Shown in pieces: positions 8,512-18,467 of a stretch of DNA of 55,282 bases. The notes beneath the pieces were generated by a model that did not search any database, was not told the origin of the DNA, and worked only from the letters and a program-made list of their open reading frames with translations. The translations under genes and the position numbers were made by a program. The stretch lies in the NCBI GenBank assembly GCA_964411325.1, contig CAYPKM010000001.1, forward strand, positions 1-55,282, given 5' to 3'. Origin of the DNA: an uncultured Christensenella sp. GTDB taxonomy: Bacteria; Bacillota; Clostridia; Christensenellales; UBA1242. Positions within the stretch are counted from its first letter, which is position 1. Each line of letters begins with the position of its first letter.

Positions 8512-9351
8512 ATGGCGATAGTGATGAATGGCAAAGTAATTGCAAGTGAGTGCGAAGAGCAAATGAAAGAAAGGGTGGTGGTTTTGAAGGAAAAGCTAAA
8601 CTTTACACCAACGCTTGCTACAATAATTGTCGGCGATGATGTCGCTAGTGTGACATATGTAAATATGAAAGCCAAGGCGTGCGAGAGGGTAGGGCTGGGC
8701 TCAAAGATTATTAGGCTGAGTGAAGACTCTAATACAGAGGATTTACTAACTGAGATAAAAAGGCTAAATGAAGATAAGTCCATTTGTGGGATACTTCTTC
8801 AGCATCCCACTCCTAAGCACATTGATGAAAGGAAATGCTTTGATGCAATTGCAATAGAGAAAGATGTGGATGGGGTGAATAGTCAAACTTTTGGCAAAAT
8901 GGCATTGGGAGAAAAATCGTATTTGCCTGCTACACCATATGGCATAATGCGTTTGCTTGAGTATTACGGCATAGAACTTGAGGGCAAAAACGCTGTGGTT
9001 GTGGGCAGAAGCGCTATACTTGGCAAGCCTATTGCAATGCTTTTGCTAGCCTCTAATTGCACCGTCACCATTTGTCATTCAAAAACAAAAAATCTGCCAG
9101 AGATTTGCAAGACGGCAGATATAATAGTCGGTGCTGTGGGCAAACCGAAATTCATAAAGAAAGAATGGTTAAAAGAAGGTGTGGTCTTGATTGATGCTGG
9201 GTACAACGCCGGCAATGTGGGAGATATAGACCTAGAAAATTGTGTGGAAAAAGCATCTGCATATACTCCCGTTCCGGGTGGGGTAGGCCCAATGACCATT
9301 AATTCGCTAATTTTGCAGACTTTGGAAAGTGCCGAGAAAATGAGTAATTAA
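8512..9351 (+). CDS. folD: Bifunctional methylenetetrahydrofolate dehydrogenase / methenyl-THF cyclohydrolase
   Basis: 'LATIIVGDDVASVTYVNMKAKACERVG', 'GILLQHPTPKHID', 'KDVDG', 'VVVGRSAILGKP', 'TPVPGGVGPMT'. Confidence 0.9.
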   Translation: MAIVMNGKVIASECEEQMKERVVVLKEKLNFTPTLATIIVGDDVASVTYVNMKAKACERVGLGSKIIRLSEDSNTEDLLTEIKRLNEDKSICGILLQHPTPKHIDERKCFDAIAIEKDVDGVNSQTFGKMALGEKSYLPATPYGIMRLLEYYGIELEGKNAVVVGRSAILGKPIAMLLLASNCTVTICHSKTKNLPEICKTADIIVGAVGKPKFIKKEWLKEGVVLIDAGYNAGNVGDIDLENCVEKASAYTPVPGGVGPMTINSLILQTLESAEKMSN

Positions 9352-9674
9352 ATATCTTTTAATTTGTATTTAAGCGATACTTTGTCTAAAGTCTCGCTTA
9401 TTTTTGTCTTCATTTGGTTCATTTTGGAAAATTCGCAAGGAATGTAGTATGGGTTGACGACTCGCAACCCTTCTTCTAGACTTTTTTGAAGGACAAGAAA
9501 GGATGTATCGTCAATTTTCAGTTTTTGGAAGCATCTTTCGTATTTGCTTTTTAATTTTTCTATCTCGACACATAGATTGGAAGTAGATTCTCCTTTTTGA
9601 GCGTTGCAAGCATACAAAAGTTTGTAGATATCTACATAATTATTGATGAGTAGCATTTTGGTCTTTGTTCGCAT
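9348..9674 (-). CDS. Hypothetical protein
   Basis: 108 aa. AAGGAG RBS 7 nt before ATG 9674. The 3' ends overlap folD convergently by 4 nt. No motif recognised. Confidence 0.5.
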   Translation of the reverse strand: MRTKTKMLLINNYVDIYKLLYACNAQKGESTSNLCVEIEKLKSKYERCFQKLKIDDTSFLVLQKSLEEGLRVVNPYYIPCEFSKMNQMKTKISETLDKVSLKYKLKDI

Positions 9675-9832
9675 TATGGGGCTCCTTGTAATGAAATTTT
9701 GTTGCTTTTTTCATTATTTTTGTCTTTTTTTGGATATTTAAACTTGATGTATTATATGTTTTTTTCGCTATTTTATTCTATTATTGTAGAAAATTTGTAT
9801 TTTTTGGAAAATTAAAATATCATTTTATTCAA

Positions 9833-9861
9833 TTGACGACTTTGCTTTTGTATGTTATACT
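9833..9861 (+). promoter_or_regulatory. Sigma-A-type promoter of the glycan operon
   Basis: TTGACG (9833-9838), 17 nt, TATACT (9856-9861). Confidence 0.6.
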
Positions 9862-9938
9862 TCTCGTATATAGACGTGTCGCTATTTTGTTTCGGGAGTT
9901 AGACGAACAAAAGATTTTTTGGCGAAAATGAGGGAGTT

Positions 9939-10655
9939 ATGAAGAAAAAATGTAGAATATATGAAAAATTCTTTAAAAGATTTTTCGACCTAATTATATC
10001 TTTTTTGGCGATAATTATTTTGTCACCATTCTTTTTGTTGACATATATTTTGTCGCTAATTTTTTTGGGTGGCAATCCAATCTTTAAACAATATCGTCCG
10101 GGCAAGAATGGCAAAATCTTTGCTCTATACAAATTTCGCTCGATGACCAACAAAAAGGACAAGGATGGCAATCTGCTTCCAGACAAAGATAGAATCACTT
10201 GGTGGGGCAAAGTGCTAAGAAAGACCTCTCTTGACGAACTTCCACAACTTTTTAATATCCTCAAGGGGGATATGTCCATAATAGGCCCAAGACCGAGAAT
10301 GGTGGAAGAATGTGTTTTCCTAGATGAAACTCAACAAGATAGATTTGCTGTTCGCCCGGGAATTACTGGCTGGGCACAGGTAAATGGTAGAAACTCAATA
10401 ACACTAGACAAAGTTGTACAGTTTGACAAAGAATATGTAGAAAAAATCTCTTTGGGGATGGATATCAAAATATTTTTCAAAACTATCGGTTATGTGCTAG
10501 GCAAGGGTAAAAAAGATATAAACAAAGAGGGAACGGTATCAAATGAATTTCACGGTGATTACCTTCTTCGTACAAAACAAATCACACAAGAATATTATGA
10601 CGAAAAAATATCTCTTGCCAAACATATGATAAAAGAAGCAAAGGAGAAAAGGTGA
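9939..10655 (+). CDS. Undecaprenyl-phosphate sugar-phosphate transferase (small PglC/WbaP-C-type initiating transferase)
   Basis: 'KRFFDLIISFLAIIILSPFF', 'KFRSM', 'DELPQLFNILKGDMSIIGPRP' is the bacterial sugar transferase signature. Confidence 0.85.
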   Translation: MKKKCRIYEKFFKRFFDLIISFLAIIILSPFFLLTYILSLIFLGGNPIFKQYRPGKNGKIFALYKFRSMTNKKDKDGNLLPDKDRITWWGKVLRKTSLDELPQLFNILKGDMSIIGPRPRMVEECVFLDETQQDRFAVRPGITGWAQVNGRNSITLDKVVQFDKEYVEKISLGMDIKIFFKTIGYVLGKGKKDINKEGTVSNEFHGDYLLRTKQITQEYYDEKISLAKHMIKEAKEKR

Positions 10656-11821
10656 TGAAAATATTAGTAGTCTCACAATATTTCTATCCTGAGCAGTTTA
10701 GGATTAATGATATCTGCAAAGAATTGGTGGATAGGGGGCACGATGTAACTGTTCTTACGGGAAGACCAAATTATCCACAAGGGAAAATATATTCTGGATA
10801 TGAAAAGTTTAATAGAGAGCCTGAACTAATTAATGGCATAAAAGTTATAAGGGTTAAGGCTAGACCTAGAAAGACTGGTGCAATTAATTTGTTTCTTAAT
10901 TATTATAGTTTCTCAAGCAAGTCAAAAAAGCAGGTTGTCAAACTTGATAAGGATTTTGATGTTGTATTTATAAATCAGACATCCCCAATAATGCAGGCAA
11001 GTGCGGGCTTGAAATATAAAAAAATGTATGGAACAAAAGTTGTATTGTATTGCTTGGATTTGTGGCCGGCTAGTTTAAGTGCTAGAGGAATTAAAGGTGG
11101 GCCTGTATATGGTTATTACAAAAAGGTTTCAAAGAAGATTTATAATTCTGCAGACAAAATTTTGATATCATCCAAAATGTTTGAAAAATATTTGTGTGAA
11201 GAATTAAAAATTGATAAATCAAAAATTACATATCTTCCACAATATGCCGAAGATATGTTTGGAACAATTAAACAAACAAACAAGCAAAAGAAGAATTTTG
11301 ATATCGTCTTTGCAGGAAATGTTGGGAAAATGCAATCTGCCGGAACCATAATTGAGAGTGCAAAATTGCTAAAAGATTATCCTGTAAAATTTCATATTAT
11401 TGGTGATGGCTCAGATTTGGATAATTGCAAGGCTTTGGCTGATGGAATGAAAAATATTAAATTTTATGGGCAATTGCCTTTGGAAGAAATGCCTAAATAT
11501 TACAAAATGGCAGATGCAATGCTTGTTACACTAAAAGATGACGATTTGATATCTTATACTTTGCCTGGCAAGGTTCAAACTATTATGTCTGCAAGCAAAC
11601 CAATAATAGCGTGTGGCAAAAATGAATTGAAAAATACGATTGAAGAGGCAAAATGTGGATATTGTGCAATGCCTGAAAATGCGGAAGATTTGAAAGATTG
11701 CATAATCAAGTTTATAGAGTGCAAAAACAAAGAAAAGTTATCGCAGAATTCAAGAAAATATTACGAAAAGAATTTTGACAAAGAAAAAGTTACAAATAAA
11801 CTAATAAAGGAATTGAGGTAA
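10655..11821 (+). CDS. GT4 glycosyltransferase, WbuB-like (candidate L-FucNAc transferase)
   Basis: 'MKILVVSQYFYPEQFRINDICKELVDRGHDVTVLTGRPNYP' is typical of WbuB-type enzymes next to fnlABC. The ATG overlaps the upstream TGA. Confidence 0.7.
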   Translation: MKILVVSQYFYPEQFRINDICKELVDRGHDVTVLTGRPNYPQGKIYSGYEKFNREPELINGIKVIRVKARPRKTGAINLFLNYYSFSSKSKKQVVKLDKDFDVVFINQTSPIMQASAGLKYKKMYGTKVVLYCLDLWPASLSARGIKGGPVYGYYKKVSKKIYNSADKILISSKMFEKYLCEELKIDKSKITYLPQYAEDMFGTIKQTNKQKKNFDIVFAGNVGKMQSAGTIIESAKLLKDYPVKFHIIGDGSDLDNCKALADGMKNIKFYGQLPLEEMPKYYKMADAMLVTLKDDDLISYTLPGKVQTIMSASKPIIACGKNELKNTIEEAKCGYCAMPENAEDLKDCIIKFIECKNKEKLSQNSRKYYEKNFDKEKVTNKLIKELR

Positions 11822-11823
11822 AT

Positions 11824-12849
11824 ATGGGATTATTTAAAGACAAAGTTTTGATGGTTACAGGAGGTACTGGCTCATTTGGAAATGCTGTTGTTAGGAGATT
11901 TTTGGAGTCAGACATCAAAGAAATTAGAATACTTAGTAGAGATGAAAAGAAACAAGATGATATGCGTCACGAATTGCAAGTAAAACATCCTGATGTGGCT
12001 GAAAAGGTTAAATTTTATATTGGCGATGTTAGAGACTACAGTTCAATTTGTGATCATTTCAAAGGTGTTGATTATGTTTTTCACGCAGCAGCACTTAAAC
12101 AAGTGCCAAGTTGTGAGTTCTTTCCATTAGAGGCAGTTAAGACTAATGTTTTGGGCAGTAATAATGTTATAACTGCTTGTGTAAATAATGGTGTCAAAAA
12201 AGCAATATTTTTGTCAACAGACAAAGCCGCATATCCTATTAATGCTATGGGGATGAGTAAGGCTATGATGGAAAAAAATGTGGTTGCTAGAAGTAGACAA
12301 CTTAACGATAATGATACCATACTTTGTTTGACTAGATATGGAAATGTAATGGCATCAAGAGGTAGCGTAATTCCTTTGTTTTGCGATCAAATTGCAGAAG
12401 GCAAACAATTGACGATTACCAATCCAGAAATGACTAGATTTATGATGACATTGGAAGATGCTGTAGATTTGGTTCTTTATGCTTTTGAGAATGGAAAACA
12501 AGGCGATTTGTTTGTTCAAAAAGCACCAGCGGCAACTATTCAGACATTGGCAGAAGCAGTTCTTGATTTGAAAAAATCTGATGTTGGATACAAAGTTATT
12601 GGAACTAGACATGGAGAAAAGTTGTATGAGGTTTTGGTAACTTCTGAAGAAATGTTGAGAGCGGAAGATTTAGGTGGATTCTACAGAATACATGCTGATA
12701 ATAGAAATTTGAATTATGATAATTACTTTAGCAAAGGCAATGAGGATTTGAATTCAATTGACCAATACAATTCACACAATACAAAGAGACTTGACAAAGA
12801 AGGTATGAAAAAGTTGCTACTTAAATTAGACTTATTCGATGAGGAATAA
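11824..12849 (+). CDS. fnlA: UDP-GlcNAc 4,6-dehydratase/5-epimerase (FnlA/CapE/WbjB)
   Basis: 'KVLMVTGGTGSFGNAVVRRFLESDIKEIRILSRDEKKQDDMRHEL' is a near-canonical CapE/FnlA N-terminus. Confidence 0.9.
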   Translation: MGLFKDKVLMVTGGTGSFGNAVVRRFLESDIKEIRILSRDEKKQDDMRHELQVKHPDVAEKVKFYIGDVRDYSSICDHFKGVDYVFHAAALKQVPSCEFFPLEAVKTNVLGSNNVITACVNNGVKKAIFLSTDKAAYPINAMGMSKAMMEKNVVARSRQLNDNDTILCLTRYGNVMASRGSVIPLFCDQIAEGKQLTITNPEMTRFMMTLEDAVDLVLYAFENGKQGDLFVQKAPAATIQTLAEAVLDLKKSDVGYKVIGTRHGEKLYEVLVTSEEMLRAEDLGGFYRIHADNRNLNYDNYFSKGNEDLNSIDQYNSHNTKRLDKEGMKKLLLKLDLFDEE

Positions 12850-12852
12850 AAT

Positions 12853-13962
12853 ATGAAAATATTGGTAACTGGGGCAAAGGGATTTGTAGGCAAAAATTTG
12901 GTTTGTCAATTGAGAAATTTGGGATATGAAGATATATATGAATTTGACCAAGACAATCTTGTGTCGGATTTGGATAAATACACCAAAGATTGTGAATTTG
13001 TTTTTCATTTGGCAGGGGTGAATAGACCCCAAAATGCAGATGAATTTATGACGGGCAACTTTGGACTAACATCTGACCTACTTGCATATTTGCAAAAGAA
13101 TAATAATTCTTGCCCAATTATGTTGTCATCGTCTATACAAGCGTCTTTGGATAATCCTTATGGAAAATCCAAAAAAGCAGGAGAAGACTTGTTGTTTGAT
13201 TATTCCAAAAACAACAATGTTCAAGTGTATATATATAGATTTCCTAATTTGTATGGCAAATGGAGTAGACCAAATTATAATAGTGTAATTGCGACTTTTT
13301 GTTATAATATTGCTAGAGATTTTCCTATAACAATTAATGACCGTCAAGCAACTTTGCATCTATGTTATATAGATGATGTAGTGGAAGAACTTATCAATTG
13401 TTTGAATGGTAAGCCTTATAGAGATGGCGAGTTTTGTAGGGTGCAAAAAGAAGACGAGTCTACTTTGGGCAAAATTGCAGATACTATTCAGTCTTTTAGA
13501 GACAATAGAGAAAGTAAAGATGTGCCTAATGTTGGTGATCACTTAGAGAAATGTTTGTATTCCACATATTTATCATTCTTGCCAGAAGACGGGTTTTCTT
13601 ATCCTTTGAAAATGAATGTGGATAACCGTGGTTCGTTTACTGAGATTATCAAAACAATGGATAGAGGACAATTTTCAGTTAATATTTCTAAGCCGGGGAT
13701 TACCAAAGGAAATCATTGGCACAATACCAAAAACGAAAAATTCTTGGTTGTTTCGGGGCATTGCCTTATTAGATTTAGAAAAATTGGCGAAGACAAAATC
13801 ATTACATATGATGTGAGTGGAGAAAAATTAGAGGTGGTAGATATTCCGTGTGGATACACACACAATATCACAAATATCGGAGAGAATGACTCCGTCACCT
13901 TTATGTGGTGCAATGAATGCTTTGACCCAGAAAACCCTGATACTTATTATTTAGAGGTATAA
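12853..13962 (+). CDS. fnlB: UDP-2-acetamido-2,6-dideoxy-hexulose reductase/epimerase (FnlB/CapF/WbjC)
   Basis: An SDR N-domain ('MKILVTGAKGFVGKNL') plus a C-terminal cupin-like domain. Position between fnlA and fnlC. Confidence 0.8.
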   Translation: MKILVTGAKGFVGKNLVCQLRNLGYEDIYEFDQDNLVSDLDKYTKDCEFVFHLAGVNRPQNADEFMTGNFGLTSDLLAYLQKNNNSCPIMLSSSIQASLDNPYGKSKKAGEDLLFDYSKNNNVQVYIYRFPNLYGKWSRPNYNSVIATFCYNIARDFPITINDRQATLHLCYIDDVVEELINCLNGKPYRDGEFCRVQKEDESTLGKIADTIQSFRDNRESKDVPNVGDHLEKCLYSTYLSFLPEDGFSYPLKMNVDNRGSFTEIIKTMDRGQFSVNISKPGITKGNHWHNTKNEKFLVVSGHCLIRFRKIGEDKIITYDVSGEKLEVVDIPCGYTHNITNIGENDSVTFMWCNECFDPENPDTYYLEV

Positions 13963-13965
13963 GAG

Positions 13966-15108
13966 ATGCAAAAATTAAAATTGATGACAATAATTGGTAC
14001 TAGACCAGAAATAATTAGACTTTCGGAAACAATTAAATGTGCAGACAAGTATTTTGATCAAATACTTGTGCATACAGGACAAAATTATGATTACAACCTA
14101 AATCAAGTGTTCTTTGAGGATTTGGGACTAAGAGAACCAAATTATTATTTGAATGCTGTAGGCAAAGATTTGGGAGAAACTATAGGAAATATCATTGCCA
14201 AATCTTATGAATTGATGGTTAAAGAAAAACCAGATGCACTACTTATTTTAGGGGATACTAATTCCTGTTTGTCAGCAATATCTGCCAAAAGATTACACAT
14301 TCCAATCTTTCATATGGAAGCGGGAAATCGTTGTTTTGATGAATGTCTTCCTGAGGAAACCAATAGAAGAATTGTAGACCATATAGCAGATGTCAATATT
14401 TGTTATTCAGAGCACGCTAGAAGATATCTAAATAGTGAGGGGACTGCCGAAGAACGTACTTACGTCAGTGGTTCTCCAATGGCTGAAGTTTTGAGGGTAA
14501 ATTTCGACAAAATTAAATCTAGCGATATTTTGAAGAAATTAAACCTTGAAAAAGGTAAATACATATTGCTTTCGGCACATAGAGAAGAAAATATAGATAC
14601 CGAAAAGAATTTCTTGAGTTTGATGACAGCAGTCAATCAGATGGCAGAAACATATAATATGCCAATTTTGTATTCTTGTCATCCTAGGAGCAAAAAATTT
14701 ATTGAACTTAGAAACTTTAAATTTGACGATAGAGTTATTCAACATGAACCATTGGGCTTCCATGATTACAACAATCTGCAAATGAATGCTTTTTGCGTAG
14801 TTTCGGATAGTGGAACATTGCCAGAAGAAAGTAGTTTTTATCTATCTGTTGGCGCTCCCATTCCAGCAGTATGCATTCGTACATCTACCGAAAGACCTGA
14901 GGCTTTGGATGCCGGCGACTTTGTACTTGCAGGCATTAATACCGATGAAATTTTGCAATCGGTAGATATGGCTGTCAAAATGGTTCAAGAGAAAGATTTG
15001 GGCAAACCTTGTAAAGATTATACAGACGAGAATGTCTCTATCAAAGTTATTAGGCTTATTCAATCTTACACTACAATAGTAAATAAAATGGTTTGGAGAA
15101 AAAATTAG
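13966..15108 (+). CDS. fnlC: UDP-N-acetylglucosamine-type 2-epimerase, non-hydrolysing (FnlC/CapG/WbjD)
   Basis: 'IIGTRPEIIRLS', 'HTGQNYD', 'LGDTNS', 'HMEAGNR'. Confidence 0.85.
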   Translation: MQKLKLMTIIGTRPEIIRLSETIKCADKYFDQILVHTGQNYDYNLNQVFFEDLGLREPNYYLNAVGKDLGETIGNIIAKSYELMVKEKPDALLILGDTNSCLSAISAKRLHIPIFHMEAGNRCFDECLPEETNRRIVDHIADVNICYSEHARRYLNSEGTAEERTYVSGSPMAEVLRVNFDKIKSSDILKKLNLEKGKYILLSAHREENIDTEKNFLSLMTAVNQMAETYNMPILYSCHPRSKKFIELRNFKFDDRVIQHEPLGFHDYNNLQMNAFCVVSDSGTLPEESSFYLSVGAPIPAVCIRTSTERPEALDAGDFVLAGINTDEILQSVDMAVKMVQEKDLGKPCKDYTDENVSIKVIRLIQSYTTIVNKMVWRKN

Positions 15109-16298
15109 TGAAAATATTATTTGTTAATTCAGTATTGGGTATAGGTAGTACAGGAAGAATTGTTGAAACCTTGTATAATTACTTCAAAAGCGAAGGTCAT
15201 GATGTCAAAGTCGCTTATGGAAGAAATAAGTATACTGGCATTCCTCAAGAAGACCAATATTGTTTCTTTAGTAAATGGAATATCAATACTCACGGATTGC
15301 TTGCTAGAATCAATGATAATGCAGGACTTGCTTATTCCAAAAAATCAACCCAAAAATTGATAAATTTCATTGCAGACTATAAACCCGATGTAGTAAATTT
15401 GCACAATTTGCATGGGTATTATCTCAATGTACCAATGCTACTAAAATATTTGGGCGAAAATAATATTAAGTGCGTTTTTACTCTTCACGATTGTTGGTTG
15501 TTTACTGGACATTGTGCATATTTCTATTATAACAATTGTGATGGATATACTAGAGATTGTGCTAATTGCAAATTCAAAGGTGTTTATCCCAAATCTTATC
15601 TTTGCAATCGTGCAAAAAGAAACTTACAACTAAAGAAAGATTTGCTTGATGGAATAAAAAACAAATCGTTCATTTGTCCATCAAATTGGTTGAAAAAATT
15701 TGCTAAAAAATCTATACTAAAAAATGAAAAAATTGATGTGGTGTATAATGCTATAGACTTTTCAGTTTTTAATCTAAAAGCAAAGAATTATTTCGAAAAA
15801 GAAAAACTACCTGCAGACAAATATATAATTTGTATTGCTAATTATTGGAATGAAGCCAAAGGATTAAATAAAGTTGTGGAATTGTCAAAAGTTTTAGACG
15901 ACGGGTACAAAATTGTGCTTATTGGATATTTGCAAGACAAATCAATTCTAAATGAAAATATAGTTTACATTCCACATACAAATGATACAAAAGAATTAGC
16001 GTTTTATTATGCTAATGCTACTGCATTTTACAATCCAACATTAGAGGATAATTTCCCAACAGTAAATATCGAATCTCTTGCTTGTGGAACACCAGTAATA
16101 CTTTTCAAAGATTGCAGTGGTGGGGAAGAAATTATTGATGAAACCAATGGACTTGTGATAGACAAAAATGCTAGTCCTAATGATATTTGGCAAAATATAA
16201 AAAATCTAAAAATAAAAAACAAAAAACAAATGTCAGAAAGCGTGCAAAGCGAATGTAGCAAACAAAAGTTTTGCGAAGGATATAAGGAGAAGTTTTAA
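15108..16298 (+). CDS. GT4 glycosyltransferase
   Basis: 'EDNFPTVNIESLACGTPVI' (E-x7-E region). The GTG at 15108 has a GGAGA RBS and overlaps the fnlC stop. An alternative TTG start lies at 15093. Confidence 0.7.
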   Translation: MKILFVNSVLGIGSTGRIVETLYNYFKSEGHDVKVAYGRNKYTGIPQEDQYCFFSKWNINTHGLLARINDNAGLAYSKKSTQKLINFIADYKPDVVNLHNLHGYYLNVPMLLKYLGENNIKCVFTLHDCWLFTGHCAYFYYNNCDGYTRDCANCKFKGVYPKSYLCNRAKRNLQLKKDLLDGIKNKSFICPSNWLKKFAKKSILKNEKIDVVYNAIDFSVFNLKAKNYFEKEKLPADKYIICIANYWNEAKGLNKVVELSKVLDDGYKIVLIGYLQDKSILNENIVYIPHTNDTKELAFYYANATAFYNPTLEDNFPTVNIESLACGTPVILFKDCSGGEEIIDETNGLVIDKNASPNDIWQNIKNLKIKNKKQMSESVQSECSKQKFCEGYKEKF

Positions 16299-16304
16299 AA
16301 TTGT

Positions 16305-17417
16305 ATGAATAATATTGAGCCAATTTATGTTGTTTTTGCTATTTTCTTAGCGTCATTAGGTTTAATAAAAAATAAAAAAGTACAATTTTGGGGTGTATTT
16401 TTCTCTTTTGTTATAATCTTTGTTATGGCAGAGGTTGGTCCTGATTATTCAGGATATAAAATGATATATGAAAGTAATGCACAAGGAGAGATGGCTCACG
16501 GAGAACTGATGTATTCGTATCTAAACAAATTTTGTGCTAGTCTAGGAATTAGTTACAATCTTTTTAGAGTTGGTTTTTTATCCTTGTTTATCTTTTTGCT
16601 TATATATTCTATTAATAAAATAACAAACAAAACGACTATTTGTTTTTTGATGTATTATTTCGCTTTTATTGTTTATTTGATTTCTGCATATAGGCAACTT
16701 GCAATTATTTCTGTTTTCATTTTCTCAATATATGTGATGTTTTACAAATCTAAGAAAAACAATATTGTTTGGAATTGCTTAGTTTTGGGTATTAACTTCT
16801 TGGCTATTTTTATTCATACTGCTGCGATTTTTCAGTTTTTAATTGTTTGCATATGTGTATTATTTGAGTTTGTAAAAATAAACAAATTAAAAATTATTAA
16901 TGATAAAATAATTAACAATTTATCTTTGGTTTTATTATTATGTTTGTCTATTAGATTCATTATATGTGGATTATTTATGGTGTTTCCTTCATTACAGCAT
17001 CTAATATTAAACATACCATATGGCAATGAGTGGGAAACTTTTGGGTTTGGACAAATGTCTAGACTAATTATTTTATTGAGTTTGTATGAAATGTATAATA
17101 ATAAAAAACAGAGTAAACAAACTCAGTCATTATTTGTTATTTATACATATTCAATGTTATTATATTTTGTTTTGCCGTTTGATTTGTTATTAGGAAGACT
17201 TATTAATACAATAAGATTCTTGGAACCGATATTATTTTTAAATATGTTAGATCAATATAACGATTTTGAAAATTATCAATTATTTAAATTCGAAGTATCG
17301 AAAAGAAATGTGTATATAACAATAATGATAAGTGCTTATATTTTAATATTTATGTCTCAAATGATTTTACAAACGGGATATGAAGAATATAAACACATGT
17401 TCTTTAAAGTAAATTAA
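16305..17417 (+). CDS. EpsG-family polytopic membrane protein (Wzy-type repeat-unit polymerase)
   Basis: About 10 hydrophobic segments, 'GPDYSGYKMIY' as the EpsG-type N-terminal motif, very AT-rich. Confidence 0.6.
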   Translation: MNNIEPIYVVFAIFLASLGLIKNKKVQFWGVFFSFVIIFVMAEVGPDYSGYKMIYESNAQGEMAHGELMYSYLNKFCASLGISYNLFRVGFLSLFIFLLIYSINKITNKTTICFLMYYFAFIVYLISAYRQLAIISVFIFSIYVMFYKSKKNNIVWNCLVLGINFLAIFIHTAAIFQFLIVCICVLFEFVKINKLKIINDKIINNLSLVLLLCLSIRFIICGLFMVFPSLQHLILNIPYGNEWETFGFGQMSRLIILLSLYEMYNNKKQSKQTQSLFVIYTYSMLLYFVLPFDLLLGRLINTIRFLEPILFLNMLDQYNDFENYQLFKFEVSKRNVYITIMISAYILIFMSQMILQTGYEEYKHMFFKVN

Positions 17418-17430
17418 GGAGAATGATTTT

Positions 17431-18441
17431 ATGAAAAATCCATTAATCTCAATAATAGTTCCGGTGTATAAAGTGGAATAATATTTGCCAAGGTGTATAG
17501 ATAGCATTTTGGCGCAGACATATACTAATTTTGAATTGATTTTAGTAGATGATGGCAGTCCAGATAATTGCCCACAAATATGTGATGACTATGCTAAGAA
17601 AGATAAAAGAATAAAAGTTATACATAAAGAAAATGCTGGAGTATCTGAGGCTAGGAATACTGGTCTTGATATTGCAAAAGGTGATTATATTGGTTTTGTA
17701 GATAGTGATGATTATATTGAAAAAGATATGTATGAAAAAATGCTCACAAAAATAGAAAAAACAAATGCAGATGTTGCTATGTGCAAGTTAAATTTTGTTT
17801 ATGATAATGGTGTTAATAAATTTTTAGACGAAGTGGATTTAAAAAGAATAAACAAAGATAATATAATAAGTTTTTTTCTACAAAATAATTGTATATATTT
17901 TGATAATAGAATTGAAATGAAAGGTGTTACTTGGGCAGTATGGAGATGTTTATATTCTAATAAACTTATTGGAAAGACAAGATTTATAAATATAATTTCT
18001 GAAGACTTTTTGTTTAATATTGAATTTCTTTCTAGAGCAAACAGATTTGCAATAGTAGACAAAGGATATTATAATTACTTTCAAAGAATGGGAAGCATAA
18101 CCAAGGCCTTTAATTTAAAGAAAATTGAGCAAAGAATGGAGTTTACAAAAGTTTCTTTAAATTTTATTTTGGGGAAAGTAACCAATGAGGAATTTGCTGC
18201 TTTTAGTTTTTATTTATATGAATCTATAGTCATAGAATGTTTAAACGCGAGGGATTATAAAGAACTACTAAAGGAAATAAAAAATGATAATTTCTTAAAG
18301 TCTTTAAATAACTTAAAGAATTGTAAAGCAAGAATGAAGAACTTAACAAATAAAAAGAAAAAACTATCTTGTATTTTGATTTATCTAAAATGGTTTTGGT
18401 TGTATAGAAAATTGTATTTTAAACATAGAAATACGAAATAA
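17431..18441 (+). pseudogene. GT2 glycosyltransferase interrupted by an in-frame TAA at codon 17
   Basis: ATG 17431 (AAGGAGA RBS) gives MKNPLISIIVPVYKVE, then TAA (17479-17481), then the same frame continues YLPRCIDSILAQTYTNFELILVDDGSPDN... ('DSDD' later). Intact GT2 enzymes usually read ...VYNVEKYL.... Confidence 0.75.
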
Positions 18442-18467
18442 AAATATTATAACAAGGCGAAAATGTT

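Noticed and set aside
7548-8783. 411-aa track ORF on the minus strand, extending 426 nt upstream of 8357
   Set aside because: The extension runs antisense through the folD 5' region (8512 onward). It is low-complexity (S/L/F/I-rich) and has no RBS. The RBS-supported start 'MEKKGTIL...' followed by a TM segment at 8357 gives a coherent protein.
17479-17481. TAA in the GT2 gene as evidence for stop-codon reassignment or read-through
   Set aside because: TAA terminates many well-defined genes in this window, including folD, fnlA and pheT, at the positions expected for those families.
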